Shown here: one piece after another, positions 29,499 through 40,253 of the stretch | How positions within the stretch are numbered: position 1 is the first letter of the stretch | Layout: each line of letters begins with the position of its first letter | Assembly (NCBI GenBank): GCA_900544605.1 | Contig: UQVP01000003.1 | Span: 4,031 to 68,030 of the forward strand | Source of the DNA: an uncultured Mycoplasmatota bacterium | GTDB lineage: Bacteria; Bacillota_I; Bacilli_A; RF39; UBA660 | Length of the DNA stretch: 64,000 nt | Direction: 5' to 3' | Program-made: the position numbers and the translations under genes | The notes under the pieces: generated by a model | Seen by the model: the letters and a program-made list of their open reading frames with translations, nothing else | Told to the model about the DNA's origin: nothing | Databases searched by the model: none

Positions 29499-30308
29499 CT
29501 ATTCTGGCAATTTTATTGTAATCACATACCCCAAAATAAAAGTAATAAATGCTAATAATATTTCACTTATAGAATACCTTCTATTTAAAGTTTGTATAAA
29601 CATAAGAAATACAGACGCTAATGAAAATCCCATTATCGCATAATATGTATTTATTCGATATTTTTTAAATAAATAATTTATTAATTTTGATATAAAAATC
29701 ACACCTATAATAAGTCCAAATAAAAATGGTATTATTACTGCAAGATTTTTCAAAATTAAAGAAAAATTAAAAAGATTAGAAAAAACATTCATTATTTCAT
29801 TATATGTTCCAATTACCATTAACAACGCTGTCCCACTTATTCCAGGAACTATAGTAGATATTGCTTCTGATATCCCACTAATAAAGTATGTAAATATGTT
29901 GTTGGTATTATTTCCTGTAAATTTAACCATTGAAAGTAATATTATCGAAAAAAAAGCAAACAACAAATATATAATTTTTTTTAAATCTAATTCTTTATAA
30001 ATATTATTGAAAATTGGTTTTATTCCACCTATAATCATTCCTATAAAGCAAAACATTGTAACTAAATAATGTTTATCTAAAAAATATATTATTAACTTAC
30101 TTCCAAAAACCATTGCTACTAATATTCCTAAACCAACGAAAAAAACAAACTTTATATTGCAAAACAACTTTTGCTTCAAATTACTTAAAATCTCTAATCC
30201 TTTTTCATAAATTCCCATTGAAGCTGCTAGTACTGCGCCACTTACACCAGGTATTACTTTTCCAATTCCGATTATTATACCTTTTAAGAAATTAACAAGA
30301 TTTTCGAT
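29499..30308 (-). CDS. DUF368 family membrane protein (polyprenyl-phosphate transporter-like), N-terminally extended relative to the ORF track
   Basis: In-frame upstream codons encode IENLVNFLKGIIIGIGKVIPGVSGAVLAAS before the track's MGIYEKG. A second PGISGTALLMVIGTY repeat lies further in. GGAGG lies 7 nt before ATC 30308. Confidence 0.75.
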   Translation of the reverse strand: MENLVNFLKGIIIGIGKVIPGVSGAVLAASMGIYEKGLEILSNLKQKLFCNIKFVFFVGLGILVAMVFGSKLIIYFLDKHYLVTMFCFIGMIIGGIKPIFNNIYKELDLKKIIYLLFAFFSIILLSMVKFTGNNTNNIFTYFISGISEAISTIVPGISGTALLMVIGTYNEIMNVFSNLFNFSLILKNLAVIIPFLFGLIIGVIFISKLINYLFKKYRINTYYAIMGFSLASVFLMFIQTLNRRYSISEILLAFITFILGYVITIKLPE

Positions 30309-30341
30309 ATTATTACCTCCTTATACAAAAAAAGAATGAAA

Positions 30342-31352
30342 CTAATTATAATAATCTATTTTCATACTTTTCTTAATTTTTTTCATCATTTCTTTTGCTA
30401 TTTTTTGAGCATTTTTTGTTCCTTCTAAAAGAATTTTATCTACTTCTTCAGGGTTATTCTCATAATAAGCTCTTTTTTCTTTAATTGGTTTTAAAAATTC
30501 ATTCATGCTGCTGATCAATTCTTTTTTGCATTGAACACATCCTCTAGCGCCTTTTTTACACTCTGAGCAAACATTAGATACATTACTTTTATTAACTAAT
30601 TTATGATAGTAATAAACCATGCATATATCTGGATTAGCAGGATCGTCTTTTTTTAATTTTGTAGGATCAGTAACAGCGTTCATAATTTTTTTTCTTATTT
30701 CTTCTTCAGAATCTGATAAATTAATAGCATTTCCTAAGCTTTTACCCATTTTTTCATTCCCATCTAAACCTTTAATACGTTTGTTCTCACTTAATAAAGG
30801 CTCTGGTTCTTTTAATGTTTCTCCATAAATTGAATTAAATTTTCGTACTATTTCTCTAGTTTGTTCAATCAATGGAAGTTGATCTTCACCTACTGGTATA
30901 CATTCGCCATCAAATATAGTTATATCTGCAGCTTGACTTACTGGATACCCTACAAAACCATATGTAACACTTTCGCCATTATTACCAAACAATGCTTTTT
31001 TTTGTGCTATTTCGGTTTTTACTGTAGGATTACGATATAATCTAGCCATAGTTACTAAATTTGAATAGTATATTGTTAACTCAGCTATTTCAGGAATCAT
31101 AGATTGAAGAAATATAGTTGTCTTATTTGGGTCAATTCCAGCTGATAACAAATCTATTGTCAATTCTCTAACATTATTTTTCATCTTTTCTGGTTGATGG
31201 AAATTATCAGTCAACGCTTGTACATCTGCTATCTCAATTTTAGTATTATAATCGTCTTGTAATTTTACCCAATTTTGTACAGCCCCAAAATAGTGTCCAA
31301 GGTGTAACTTCCCCGTTGGTCTAATTCCTGTTAAAATGTTTTTCTTTTCCAT
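30342..31352 (-). CDS. trpS: Tryptophan--tRNA ligase
   Basis: HIGH-type motif TGKLHLGHYFG and KMSKS-type motif KMGKSLGN; Cys-rich insertion CSECKKGARGCVQC. Confidence 0.93.
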   Translation of the reverse strand: MEKKNILTGIRPTGKLHLGHYFGAVQNWVKLQDDYNTKIEIADVQALTDNFHQPEKMKNNVRELTIDLLSAGIDPNKTTIFLQSMIPEIAELTIYYSNLVTMARLYRNPTVKTEIAQKKALFGNNGESVTYGFVGYPVSQAADITIFDGECIPVGEDQLPLIEQTREIVRKFNSIYGETLKEPEPLLSENKRIKGLDGNEKMGKSLGNAINLSDSEEEIRKKIMNAVTDPTKLKKDDPANPDICMVYYYHKLVNKSNVSNVCSECKKGARGCVQCKKELISSMNEFLKPIKEKRAYYENNPEEVDKILLEGTKNAQKIAKEMMKKIKKSMKIDYYN

Positions 31353-31362
31353 TTTTTCACCT

Positions 31363-32523
31363 CTAACTTTCAATTGCTACCAAATAAACAGCTACCAATG
31401 TTTCTTTTTTAGCAATATAATAAAGTGTACTTATTTCTTTATAAGAAGCTTTGTTCTTTAATAAATTGTATATATATTTTACAATAAATTTGGAATCGAG
31501 TAAACTCTTAATTTGTTTATTTTTAACTTTATTTAAAAATAAGTCACTATTTAATTCTTCTTGATTTTTTATTTTTTTCTTCAAAATTCCATTATAAAAG
31601 TTTAAAAAATATATTTTACTTTCATCTAGTTCAAATATTTTACCAGCCATCTCCAATACATCTAATACTTTTTTTGAATCATTTATATTTATTAATTTAA
31701 GAGTATCTTTATATTTTTTTTCAATATTCTTAATAAAAAAGTCATATACTTTTAAACTAAAAGTAAATTTATTTCCTCTAAGTTTTTGAAAAGTTTTCAT
31801 TGTATCATTATATCCGAAATTTATATTTTTTTGAGCTAACGATTCATTAAAATCCAAAAATGAACCAACATTATTTCTAGGAGATATCTCCACAATTTCT
31901 TTACTTGCATTTTTTACTTTTCTTTTAATTCCTAAGGCTTTTAAATCTACCGCTATTATCTTATCAGCACCCAAATCAATAGCTAAATTAACAGGCATAT
32001 TATCAAAATACCCACCATCTATATATTTTTCATCTTTTATCTGTTTCATCTTAAAAGCAGGATAACACGCAGCAGATGCAATTATATAATCTTTTATTGT
32101 TTCTTTTTTTAATTTATTTTTTGTTAACAATTCCGGTTTTAATTTAGAAAAATTATATACTACTATGCCATAATCAATTGGTGAGGAATAAAATTTCTTT
32201 TCATCAAACACTTCGTTTAATGTTTTTTCTAAATTGATAGGATTACTACCGCCTTTTTTTACAAATTCATTTATATAATTAGCGTAGATATTTTTATTAA
32301 CTTTATAAAAACCTTTTTCAAATATTTTTTCATAAGTAATATGCTGCCAAAATTTTAGAGCTGTTTTGTAGTCTTTTTGAACCATCATAACACCATTCAA
32401 AGCACCAACAGAGGTACCAGTTACAATATCATAGTTTATATTTAATTTTCGTAGTGCCTTCCAAACGCCAATTTGGTAAGCTCCTTTAGCTCCTCCACCA
32501 GATAATACAATTGCTGTTTTCAT
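31363..32523 (-). CDS. Patatin-like phospholipase
   Basis: GGGAKGAYQIG oxyanion motif, GTSVGALNG (GxSxG) and a DGG block. Confidence 0.85.
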   Translation of the reverse strand: MKTAIVLSGGGAKGAYQIGVWKALRKLNINYDIVTGTSVGALNGVMMVQKDYKTALKFWQHITYEKIFEKGFYKVNKNIYANYINEFVKKGGSNPINLEKTLNEVFDEKKFYSSPIDYGIVVYNFSKLKPELLTKNKLKKETIKDYIIASAACYPAFKMKQIKDEKYIDGGYFDNMPVNLAIDLGADKIIAVDLKALGIKRKVKNASKEIVEISPRNNVGSFLDFNESLAQKNINFGYNDTMKTFQKLRGNKFTFSLKVYDFFIKNIEKKYKDTLKLININDSKKVLDVLEMAGKIFELDESKIYFLNFYNGILKKKIKNQEELNSDLFLNKVKNKQIKSLLDSKFIVKYIYNLLKNKASYKEISTLYYIAKKETLVAVYLVAIES

Positions 32524-32537
32524 ACTTTATCACCACT

Positions 32538-33803
32538 TTAATAATTATTATATACACCAAAAATTAAGCTGTCATTATAATTTAATTCATTATAACATAC
32601 GAGATTTCTGTTTCCAATATTATCACTATAATAATTTATACAACCATTTTTAATATAATATACATATTCTTTGTTGTAAACAATTCGATTTATATCGTCA
32701 GTATTAAATAAATACATCTTTTGCGTATCATTTTGAATATTTGTTCTATAAGCTTCAAAACCATTTATATTTTTCTTATATAAATAATAATATCCACTAT
32801 CTATTCCTACTTTATCTTGTTTAGCATAAGTAGAAGTTTCAGAATTTTTATTATTAAACACTAGCGTTTGATTTACAGCATTAATAGCAGGAATTCTATC
32901 CCAACTACCATCTGTCAACATTTTTATACCTGTTTTTTCGTTTCCAACTTCAATTATTTTTCCTGTCTTAATATTTATTTCATATTGTGTTTTATAAGTT
33001 TTATCAAAAAAATATATTGAATTGTTTTCTATTCCCTGTATATAGCCATCAAAAGATACTTCCTTGCCAATTTTTAATTCTTTAACTTTTGAATTGGTAA
33101 TATCCACTACATAAAAGGTATCAAAACGATAATCTTTATTATAGTCAGCAACTACGTAATATTTTTTAAAAAATATACTCAAAGGTCTCTTATAAACGTC
33201 TTTAGTAAATAAATCAACCTCTTTTAATTTTCCACCAGTAGCATAGTTAATTAAATAAACTCCTTTATAGTTTGCTAAACCATAATATGTCTCTTTTAAA
33301 ACATTACCTTCATATATTTTTAATAAATCTTTATCTATTGTGTTAGAATTATCAAAAAAATTTGAAGCATTGTATCCTTTTTCTTGCAAATTTAAAATAA
33401 AATTATCTAAATCTTTATCTTTACCACTAATGTTATGATAATTATATAATATGTCATTATTTTTACAAATAACATCACTGATAATTTTATTATCTTCAAA
33501 AATTGGGAATATACAACTATACATATTGTCACCATAATAATATATATTTTTTATAATTTCGTTTGATTTTTTAAAGTCAGCAGTTGTTTGGTAATAAAAA
33601 ATATCATTATCATAATTAATTTCAAAATAGTAGCTTTTTATATCATTTTTTTTATTAGAAAAAGTTTCTTTAACAAGAAAGTTTTTTTCTTCTGTTTTTA
33701 CTGAATATTCTGCTTGATGACCGCTTCCAAAAAAACTATACCCGATTTGAATACCAAAATATAACATAAATAAAATTACTAATATCATAAATATTTTTTT
33801 CAT
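32538..33803 (-). CDS. Hypothetical membrane-anchored protein with a Tyr/Asn-rich beta-rich ectodomain
   Basis: ATG 33803 follows AGGTGA; N-terminal TM; repeated YY-containing strands suggest a propeller-like fold. Confidence 0.4.
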   Translation of the reverse strand: MKKIFMILVILFMLYFGIQIGYSFFGSGHQAEYSVKTEEKNFLVKETFSNKKNDIKSYYFEINYDNDIFYYQTTADFKKSNEIIKNIYYYGDNMYSCIFPIFEDNKIISDVICKNNDILYNYHNISGKDKDLDNFILNLQEKGYNASNFFDNSNTIDKDLLKIYEGNVLKETYYGLANYKGVYLINYATGGKLKEVDLFTKDVYKRPLSIFFKKYYVVADYNKDYRFDTFYVVDITNSKVKELKIGKEVSFDGYIQGIENNSIYFFDKTYKTQYEINIKTGKIIEVGNEKTGIKMLTDGSWDRIPAINAVNQTLVFNNKNSETSTYAKQDKVGIDSGYYYLYKKNINGFEAYRTNIQNDTQKMYLFNTDDINRIVYNKEYVYYIKNGCINYYSDNIGNRNLVCYNELNYNDSLIFGVYNNY

Positions 33804-33922
33804 TGTATCACCTACTATGATTATATAAGAATTTCTTTGTTTTTTCAATATAATAAAGAAAAAGAGATAGAAATCTCTTTTAAAATTTTACATAATCAAT
33901 AAAATATTATTAAGCATTTATT

Positions 33923-34360
33923 TTATTCACTTTTTTGATAATCTTTTTTAGCTTCCATCATATAACTTGTGATAGCTGTCTCTATTTCTGGAAGAGCTTC
34001 TCTTTGAATATTAGAAAACTTAACAAATTCCTTAATTGTATCTATATATATTTTTCCCCAAATAAGTCCCATTTTAACAGTTAAATCATTAAACATATCT
34101 GGAGTAATAGATTTAAAGAAATAACCAAACAAAACCCTTTTTTGTGCTATTATGATACGTTTATTTGTTAACGCTACTACAGCAGTAGTAGTAATATCAA
34201 ATGGATTGTCATTTTTTTGTGCAGCAAATGAGTAAATTATCTCTTCATCCGGATTTAAATGCATACGAGCAATTTTTGAATGTTGTTTAAGTCTCCATGA
34301 TATCGTCATTGGATACTTTCTTTTAAACTCTTTTACTTTACCATAAACATCTTGATTCAT
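33923..34360 (-). CDS. Bacterial PH-domain-like protein
   Basis: EEIIYSFAAQKN...VVALTNKRIIIAQKR pattern. The ATG at 34360 lies directly after the stop of the upstream gene. Confidence 0.4.
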   Translation of the reverse strand: MNQDVYGKVKEFKRKYPMTISWRLKQHSKIARMHLNPDEEIIYSFAAQKNDNPFDITTTAVVALTNKRIIIAQKRVLFGYFFKSITPDMFNDLTVKMGLIWGKIYIDTIKEFVKFSNIQREALPEIETAITSYMMEAKKDYQKSE

Positions 34361-34361
34361 A

Positions 34362-35171
34362 CTACTCACCAATTATTCCTTGATCTTTTAAAAACTTCAC
34401 ATAATTATTTTCAGATAAATAACCGTTACTAGTTGCAACAACTTCTTTATCTTTTACAATCATCATCAAAGGAGTGCCCCATTCTTCACTTTGTAAATAA
34501 GTAAGTGAAGAATTAAATTCATTCATTAATTCAGTACCATTTTCTGCAGCTTTTATTTCTGTCATATTTAAATAATTAATTTTTACACCATATTTAGTTG
34601 CAATACTTAATAATGCTGGTTTAGCCATCATACAGTGACTACAACTTGTTTGTCCTACTACAATAACCTCTGGTGTTTGACTATTAATTAAAGTTCTATA
34701 TTCGTCCATTCCTATATAATTAAGCGATAACTTAGCATCTTCAGGAGCAAAACCATATTTTTGTAAAAAAGCTAATAGTTCTTTTTCATCAACATATCCA
34801 GCAATTTCATCAACGATATTTCCATTTTCTGTAAGTGTTAAATGTGGTGTTCCAAAATTTTCTGCATTTATATTTAGTTTATCTAAAATTTTAGTCAAAG
34901 TATTTTTTGTTACTTTATTTGTATTTATATATGTATAATCAAAGCTATATTGTTCTTTCATATAATCTAAAAGTGGTATAAACATTTGACAATATGGACA
35001 ATTATCTTTACCAATAACAATAATTTGTTTTGAATCTTTAGCAACAATCTCATCTAAATTTTCTAACACTTTTTTGCTTTTTAAATCTGTCGCAAAATTA
35101 ACTCCTAATATTAATGCTACTACAGTAACAACTATTCCTAGCAATATGTATATTTTCTTTTGTTCGTTCAT
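34362..35171 (-). CDS. Membrane-anchored tandem thioredoxin-fold protein
   Basis: N-terminal TM plus two Trx-like halves with CPYC and CSHC active sites. Confidence 0.7.
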   Translation of the reverse strand: MNEQKKIYILLGIVVTVVALILGVNFATDLKSKKVLENLDEIVAKDSKQIIVIGKDNCPYCQMFIPLLDYMKEQYSFDYTYINTNKVTKNTLTKILDKLNINAENFGTPHLTLTENGNIVDEIAGYVDEKELLAFLQKYGFAPEDAKLSLNYIGMDEYRTLINSQTPEVIVVGQTSCSHCMMAKPALLSIATKYGVKINYLNMTEIKAAENGTELMNEFNSSLTYLQSEEWGTPLMMIVKDKEVVATSNGYLSENNYVKFLKDQGIIGE

Positions 35172-35225
35172 AATTACCTCCATTAACATCTATATTATAC
35201 TATATTTTCATAGATTTAGATATAC

Positions 35226-35963
35226 TTAATCAATAAATATGCCACCTTTTTCGTGATATTTTTCTAAAAATTTACTATATAAATTATCACATTTATCTTT
35301 AGCCATAGGTTCAATATTTTTAAATGGTATCTCTCTTTTTAATTTTTCATACTTTGACTCACCAAGTTTATGATAAGGAAGAAAGTCAATTCTTTCAATA
35401 TTTTTTATTTTAAGTAAAGTATTAGCTAGTGAATCAATATATTTATCATTATCCATAATTCCAGGAACAATTACTTGTCTTATCCAAACTTTCTTATTAA
35501 GTTTATTTAATGTTTCAATAAATTTTAGACTATCACTCATATCATGACCAGTTATATAAAGATATCCCTCATCTTTAACATGCTTAATGTCTAATAATAC
35601 CAAATCTACATATGAAAGAATTTCTTCGTAATCAGCATTTCCCACACCACTAGTGTCAAGTGCGATGTGAATATTTTCGTGTTTTAATATTTTAAAACAT
35701 TCAATTAAAAATTCTTTTTGTAATAGTGGTTCTCCACCTGAAAAAGTAACTCCACCATTATTTCTTTTAAAATATGGTTTATTTCTTATTATTTTTTCAC
35801 ATAGTTCAGAAGGTGTAATATTTAAGTCACCCATTTTCTGCATTTCAGGATTATGACAATATTTACATCTTAACTTACAACCATTTAAAAATACCACCGT
35901 TCTAATTCCTGGACCATCAGCAAGTCCCATTGTTTCTATTGAAGCTACACTACCTCTAACCAT
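35226..35963 (-). CDS. pflA: Pyruvate formate-lyase activating enzyme (radical SAM)
   Basis: CKLRCKYCHNPE (CxxxCxxC); directly downstream of pflB. Confidence 0.93.
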   Translation of the reverse strand: MVRGSVASIETMGLADGPGIRTVVFLNGCKLRCKYCHNPEMQKMGDLNITPSELCEKIIRNKPYFKRNNGGVTFSGGEPLLQKEFLIECFKILKHENIHIALDTSGVGNADYEEILSYVDLVLLDIKHVKDEGYLYITGHDMSDSLKFIETLNKLNKKVWIRQVIVPGIMDNDKYIDSLANTLLKIKNIERIDFLPYHKLGESKYEKLKREIPFKNIEPMAKDKCDNLYSKFLEKYHEKGGIFID

Positions 35964-35965
35964 TT

Positions 35966-38197
35966 TTACATCCTTTCATGGAATGTTCTAGAAATTACTT
36001 CTTCTTGTTGTTTTCTCGTTAAGCGATTAAATCTAACACTATATCCAGATACTCTAATTGTAAGTAATGGATATTTATCAGGGTTTTCCATAGCATCAAT
36101 TAATGTCTCTCTAGTTAAAACATTTACATTTAAATGATGAGCACCTTTTTCAAAGTATCCATCCATAAGTCCGACTAAATTTTCTATTTGTGTCTCTAAA
36201 TTTTCACCTAATACACTAGGAATAATTGAAAATGTATTAGAAATACCATCTTTACAGCAATTTTTATAATCTAATTTAGCAACACTGTTTAAGGAAGCTA
36301 TTGCTCCATTCATATCTCTACCGTGCATTGGATTAGCTCCAGGAGCGAAAGGAATACCTGCTAATCTTCCATCTGGTGTTGCTCCTGTTTTACTGCCATA
36401 AACAACATTGGAAGTGATTGTTAAAACAGACAATGTTACTTCAGCATCACGATAAGTTTTATGTTTTTCTAATTCATCGTGCATTTTCTTCAAAATTTGT
36501 TTGGCAATATCATCAACTCTATCATCATCATTTCCATATTTAGGGTAGTCACCTTCAATCTCAAAACCAATTGTAATACCATTTTTATTTCGTGCTGGTC
36601 GTACTTTAGCATATTTTATAGCTGATAAACTATCGCACGCAACAGAAAGTCCTGCAACACCATATGCCATATAGCGGTGAACATCAGTATCATGAAGGGC
36701 CATCTGTCCTGCTTCATATGCATATTTATCATGCATGTAATGAATTATATTCATGGCATCTGAATATATTTTTGCTACTTTTTCTATCACTTTAAAATAG
36801 CTATTCTTAACTTTTTCATAATCAAGTACTTCATCTTCATTTTTTTCTATGCCCTCTATAACTAAGTCGCCTTTTACTTCATCTATACCGCCATTAATTG
36901 AATATAACAAACTTTTGGCAAGATTACATCTAGCTCCAAAGAACTGCATATCTTTACCCAATCTCATAGCAGAAACACAACATGCAATAGCATAATCATC
37001 ACCATATATAGGTCTCATTAAATCATCTGATTCATATTGAACAGCATCAGTATTGATACTTATTTTAGCACAGTATTTTTTCCATGGCTCTGGTAAATTC
37101 AAACTCCATAATACTGTCATATTAGGTTCTGGTGCTGGATCTAAATTTTCTAACGTATGTAAAATACGATATGATGTTTTAGTAACCATATTTTTACCAT
37201 CTTCACTAATTCCACCTAAAGAACATGTAACCCAAGTAGGATCACCTGAGAATAATTCATCATATTCTGGGGTTCTTAAATGTCTAACTAATCTAAGCTT
37301 AATAACAAATTGATCAATTAGTTCTTGAATTTCACTTTCTGTAATGGTACCATCTTTTAAATCTCTTTCAAAATAAATATCTAAAAAAGCATCAACTCGA
37401 CCTAAACTCATAGCTGCACCATTATTTTCTTTAACTGCTGCTAAATAGCCAAAATATGTCCATTGAACGGCTTCAAAAGAATTAGTAGCAGGTTTAGATA
37501 TATCATAGCCATATCTTAAAGCCATCTTTTTTATTTCATCTAAAGCACAGTATTGCATAGATATCTCTTCACGAGTACGAATTAAATTTTCATTCATTTC
37601 TCCTAAATAAGTATTATCCAATTCATATTTTTTTTGTTCCATTAAATAATCTATACCATATAACGCAATACGACGATAATCGCCAATTATTCTTCCACGT
37701 CCATATGCATCCGGAAGACCAGTTAATAGGCCAACATGACGTGCTTTTCTAATTTCATTAGTATAAGCATCAAATACTCCTTGATTATGCGTTTTTCTAA
37801 ATTCATTAAAGTATTTATCTACTTCTGGATTTAGCTTATAACCATATGAATCAAGTTCTTGATATACCATTCTGATACCACCATATGGATTAACCATTCT
37901 TTTTAAAGGCTTATCAGTTTGCAATCCAAATATAACTTCATTTTCTTTGTCAATATATCCCGGGTTAAAACTATTTATACCAGACATATTATCGACATCT
38001 ATATCTAAAACTTTTTTCTTTAATTCTTCTTTAAGTAATTCTTCACATTTATTCCAAACACGCGTTGTTTTTTCTGTTTTTCCTGTTAAGAATGATTCAT
38101 CTTTATCATAAGGAGTATAATTACTTTGAATAAAATCTCTAACATCTATTTTATTACACCAGTTACCTTCTTTAAAATTTCTCCATTCATTTTTCAT
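35966..38197 (-). CDS. pflB: Formate C-acetyltransferase (pyruvate formate-lyase)
   Basis: Glycyl-radical motif RVSGYSVRF; active-site IACCVS; 743 aa. Confidence 0.96.
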   Translation of the reverse strand: MKNEWRNFKEGNWCNKIDVRDFIQSNYTPYDKDESFLTGKTEKTTRVWNKCEELLKEELKKKVLDIDVDNMSGINSFNPGYIDKENEVIFGLQTDKPLKRMVNPYGGIRMVYQELDSYGYKLNPEVDKYFNEFRKTHNQGVFDAYTNEIRKARHVGLLTGLPDAYGRGRIIGDYRRIALYGIDYLMEQKKYELDNTYLGEMNENLIRTREEISMQYCALDEIKKMALRYGYDISKPATNSFEAVQWTYFGYLAAVKENNGAAMSLGRVDAFLDIYFERDLKDGTITESEIQELIDQFVIKLRLVRHLRTPEYDELFSGDPTWVTCSLGGISEDGKNMVTKTSYRILHTLENLDPAPEPNMTVLWSLNLPEPWKKYCAKISINTDAVQYESDDLMRPIYGDDYAIACCVSAMRLGKDMQFFGARCNLAKSLLYSINGGIDEVKGDLVIEGIEKNEDEVLDYEKVKNSYFKVIEKVAKIYSDAMNIIHYMHDKYAYEAGQMALHDTDVHRYMAYGVAGLSVACDSLSAIKYAKVRPARNKNGITIGFEIEGDYPKYGNDDDRVDDIAKQILKKMHDELEKHKTYRDAEVTLSVLTITSNVVYGSKTGATPDGRLAGIPFAPGANPMHGRDMNGAIASLNSVAKLDYKNCCKDGISNTFSIIPSVLGENLETQIENLVGLMDGYFEKGAHHLNVNVLTRETLIDAMENPDKYPLLTIRVSGYSVRFNRLTRKQQEEVISRTFHERM

Positions 38198-38267
38198 CTA
38201 ACCACCAACTTTCTTACTTTTTAAGTATAACACAAAATAAATAGATAAATATATTTTTTTTATACTT

Positions 38268-39140
38268 TTATTGCTTAACTAATAGGCAGTAAGCCACTCC
38301 TTTTGGAGCAAGTATTTTATTGCTTGAGTTTAAGGTATTATAATCGTAAAAAAATGTATCATTTATATCTTGATAATTTAAATGTTCGTATATCAGCATA
38401 TTAGAAGCTTGCACTATAGCTTCAATATCTTTATAACTATATTTGGATTTCATTTCTTCACCAGCTTCTTTAGCAAGTGCCTGATTAATTATTTCTTTTT
38501 TTGTTTCAATATTACTAGGATAATCAAATACGATTACACTACCAGCAGGTATATTTTTAGAAAGAATACTTATAGTTTGTTTAAATATTTCTTTATCTAA
38601 ATAGTAACTCAAACCAAGTAAAGAACAAAAAGTCTTTTTATTTTTATCAAAACTAGATTTTAATAGATTTTCTATCCAATTACTATTAAAATCACAACTT
38701 ATACAATTAATATTTTTTGTATTTATATTAGCATTCTTTACTCTTTTTGCTTTATCTTCTATTATTTCTTTTTTGTCAAGTTCTTACACACTAACTTTGT
38801 CACTAATTTTATACCCTGATGTATCATATCCACTTCCTAATATTAAATACTGCTTTAAACCTAATCTAATTTCATTTAATAGGTGCTTTTCATTAAATAT
38901 AGGACGCGCTAAAACTGAAGGCGCTAAAATATTATTAACAACCCACTTTAAAGAATCATCCCCATCATAATTAGGATTAAAAATTTTAATTCCCTCCATC
39001 ATATTTTTTGAAATATTTTCTATTTCTGATTTTGTTAAAATTGCATGCGCTAAAGTATCATTATATATTTTAATATTACTATTTACAGTATGATAATACC
39101 TTGCAAAACAACTAACTAATGCTGTCATATTATTTTTCAT
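38268..39140 (-). pseudogene. Class I SAM-dependent O-methyltransferase (TIGR00027-like) interrupted by one in-frame TAA
   Basis: Track ORFs 38784..39140 and 38268..38612 are in the same frame. The stretch between them is open and reads ...LILGSGYDTSGYKISDKVSV*ELDKKEIIEDKAKR...CDFNSNWIENL...LLGLSYYLDKE. The stop is at 38784-38786. Confidence 0.7.
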
Positions 39141-39234
39141 TTTTATCCCTCTAGATATTTAATACACCAATATTTAACTGATTACAAGTCTTGAAAAATA
39201 AGCGTTTTTATGGTAATATGGATATAGAAAAAAG

Positions 39235-39272
39235 AAAGAAATAGGAAAAATCATGCCTATTTCTTTTTGTTT
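39235..39272. terminator. Orphan strong hairpin with U-tracts on both strands
   Basis: aaagaaatagg / cctatttcttt is an 11-bp stem with a 10-nt loop. It is flanked by an A-run upstream and ttgtttc downstream. Confidence 0.4.
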
Positions 39273-39345
39273 CTAGTTAAAATAAATTTTCATTAAAACA
39301 TTGCCCTCATATTATATACTATAAAATTTAGATTAGAGGTGATTT

Positions 39346-40251
39346 ATGGATTTTGAAAATAAAATTAAAAGAATTGAAGAGAATCAAAAAATAAAAAATA
39401 GATTAAGTGAACTTGGTATATATCCAGCAACTGTTCAAGAAGTAGTTGGTCCAACGGGCCCACAAGGTGAAATTGGTCCTACAGGTCCTAAAGGCGATAA
39501 AGGCGAACAAGGAGCTGGATTATCAATAGAAGGATCTTTTGATACATTAGATGAATTAAAACAAGCTCATCCTACAGGAAATATTGGAGACTGTTATATA
39601 GTTCAAGGTATTTTATATATTTGGGATGAAGAAAAAAATGATTGGGTTAGTATTGGAAACATTAAAGGACCAAAGGGTGACACTGGGGAAAAAGGTGAAC
39701 AAGGAATTCAAGGACCTATAGGTCCACAGGGCGAAAAAGGAGAGCAAGGTGAAATTGGTCCAACTGGACCTCAAGGCGAAATTGGTCCTACAGGCCCCAA
39801 AGGCGATATTGGACCTCAGGGGCCTGCTAGTCCAACAGGATATGATGCAATAGCATTTGCAAGTCTTATGGATACTAAAAAAGCTGGAACTGTTTTATTA
39901 GGTAATACAAGAATTATGCCCGGAAATAACAGTTATTTAGCCATAGAAAATGGTACTGATATAGTAGTAAAAAGAACTAGGGTATTTGAAATTGTACTGT
40001 GCGGAAGAATTTCAGGTGTTACTCAAAATACAGGGGCTTCATTCTCACTTGTTAATACTGAAACAAATGATGTAATTAGTGATTTAGTATTTGTTTTAGA
40101 AGCAGGAAATACTCCAGATATGGATTTTTCGGAAATGACTGTTGTAGATATTTATAGCCCAGCTAGACTACAAGTTAAAACAACAATTAACGGTAGTGAT
40201 GAAATAAGTTTTTCAGAAATGAATGTATTATTAAAAAGTTACAGCGTATAA
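39346..40251 (+). CDS. Collagen-like triple-helix repeat protein with a C-terminal globular domain (BclA-like exosporium or surface fibre)
   Basis: Two G-X-Y runs (nt 39448-39519 and 39667-39828) are separated by a 49-aa non-collagen insert. A roughly 140-aa C-terminal domain follows. Confidence 0.85.
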   Translation: MDFENKIKRIEENQKIKNRLSELGIYPATVQEVVGPTGPQGEIGPTGPKGDKGEQGAGLSIEGSFDTLDELKQAHPTGNIGDCYIVQGILYIWDEEKNDWVSIGNIKGPKGDTGEKGEQGIQGPIGPQGEKGEQGEIGPTGPQGEIGPTGPKGDIGPQGPASPTGYDAIAFASLMDTKKAGTVLLGNTRIMPGNNSYLAIENGTDIVVKRTRVFEIVLCGRISGVTQNTGASFSLVNTETNDVISDLVFVLEAGNTPDMDFSEMTVVDIYSPARLQVKTTINGSDEISFSEMNVLLKSYSV

Positions 40252-40253
40252 AA

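Noticed and set aside
31363-32523. Patatin-like phospholipase as a possible CBASS (CapV-like) effector
   Set aside because: No CD-NTase or cyclase, nor any other CBASS component, is nearby. The gene overlaps and appears co-transcribed with housekeeping trpS, so a lipid-metabolism role is more likely.
39270-39345. Sigma-K-type promoter (AC-N16-17-CATAnnnTA) upstream of the collagen-like gene
   Set aside because: A CATATTATA box is present, but I could not find the AC element at the required spacing. The call is not supportable by eye.
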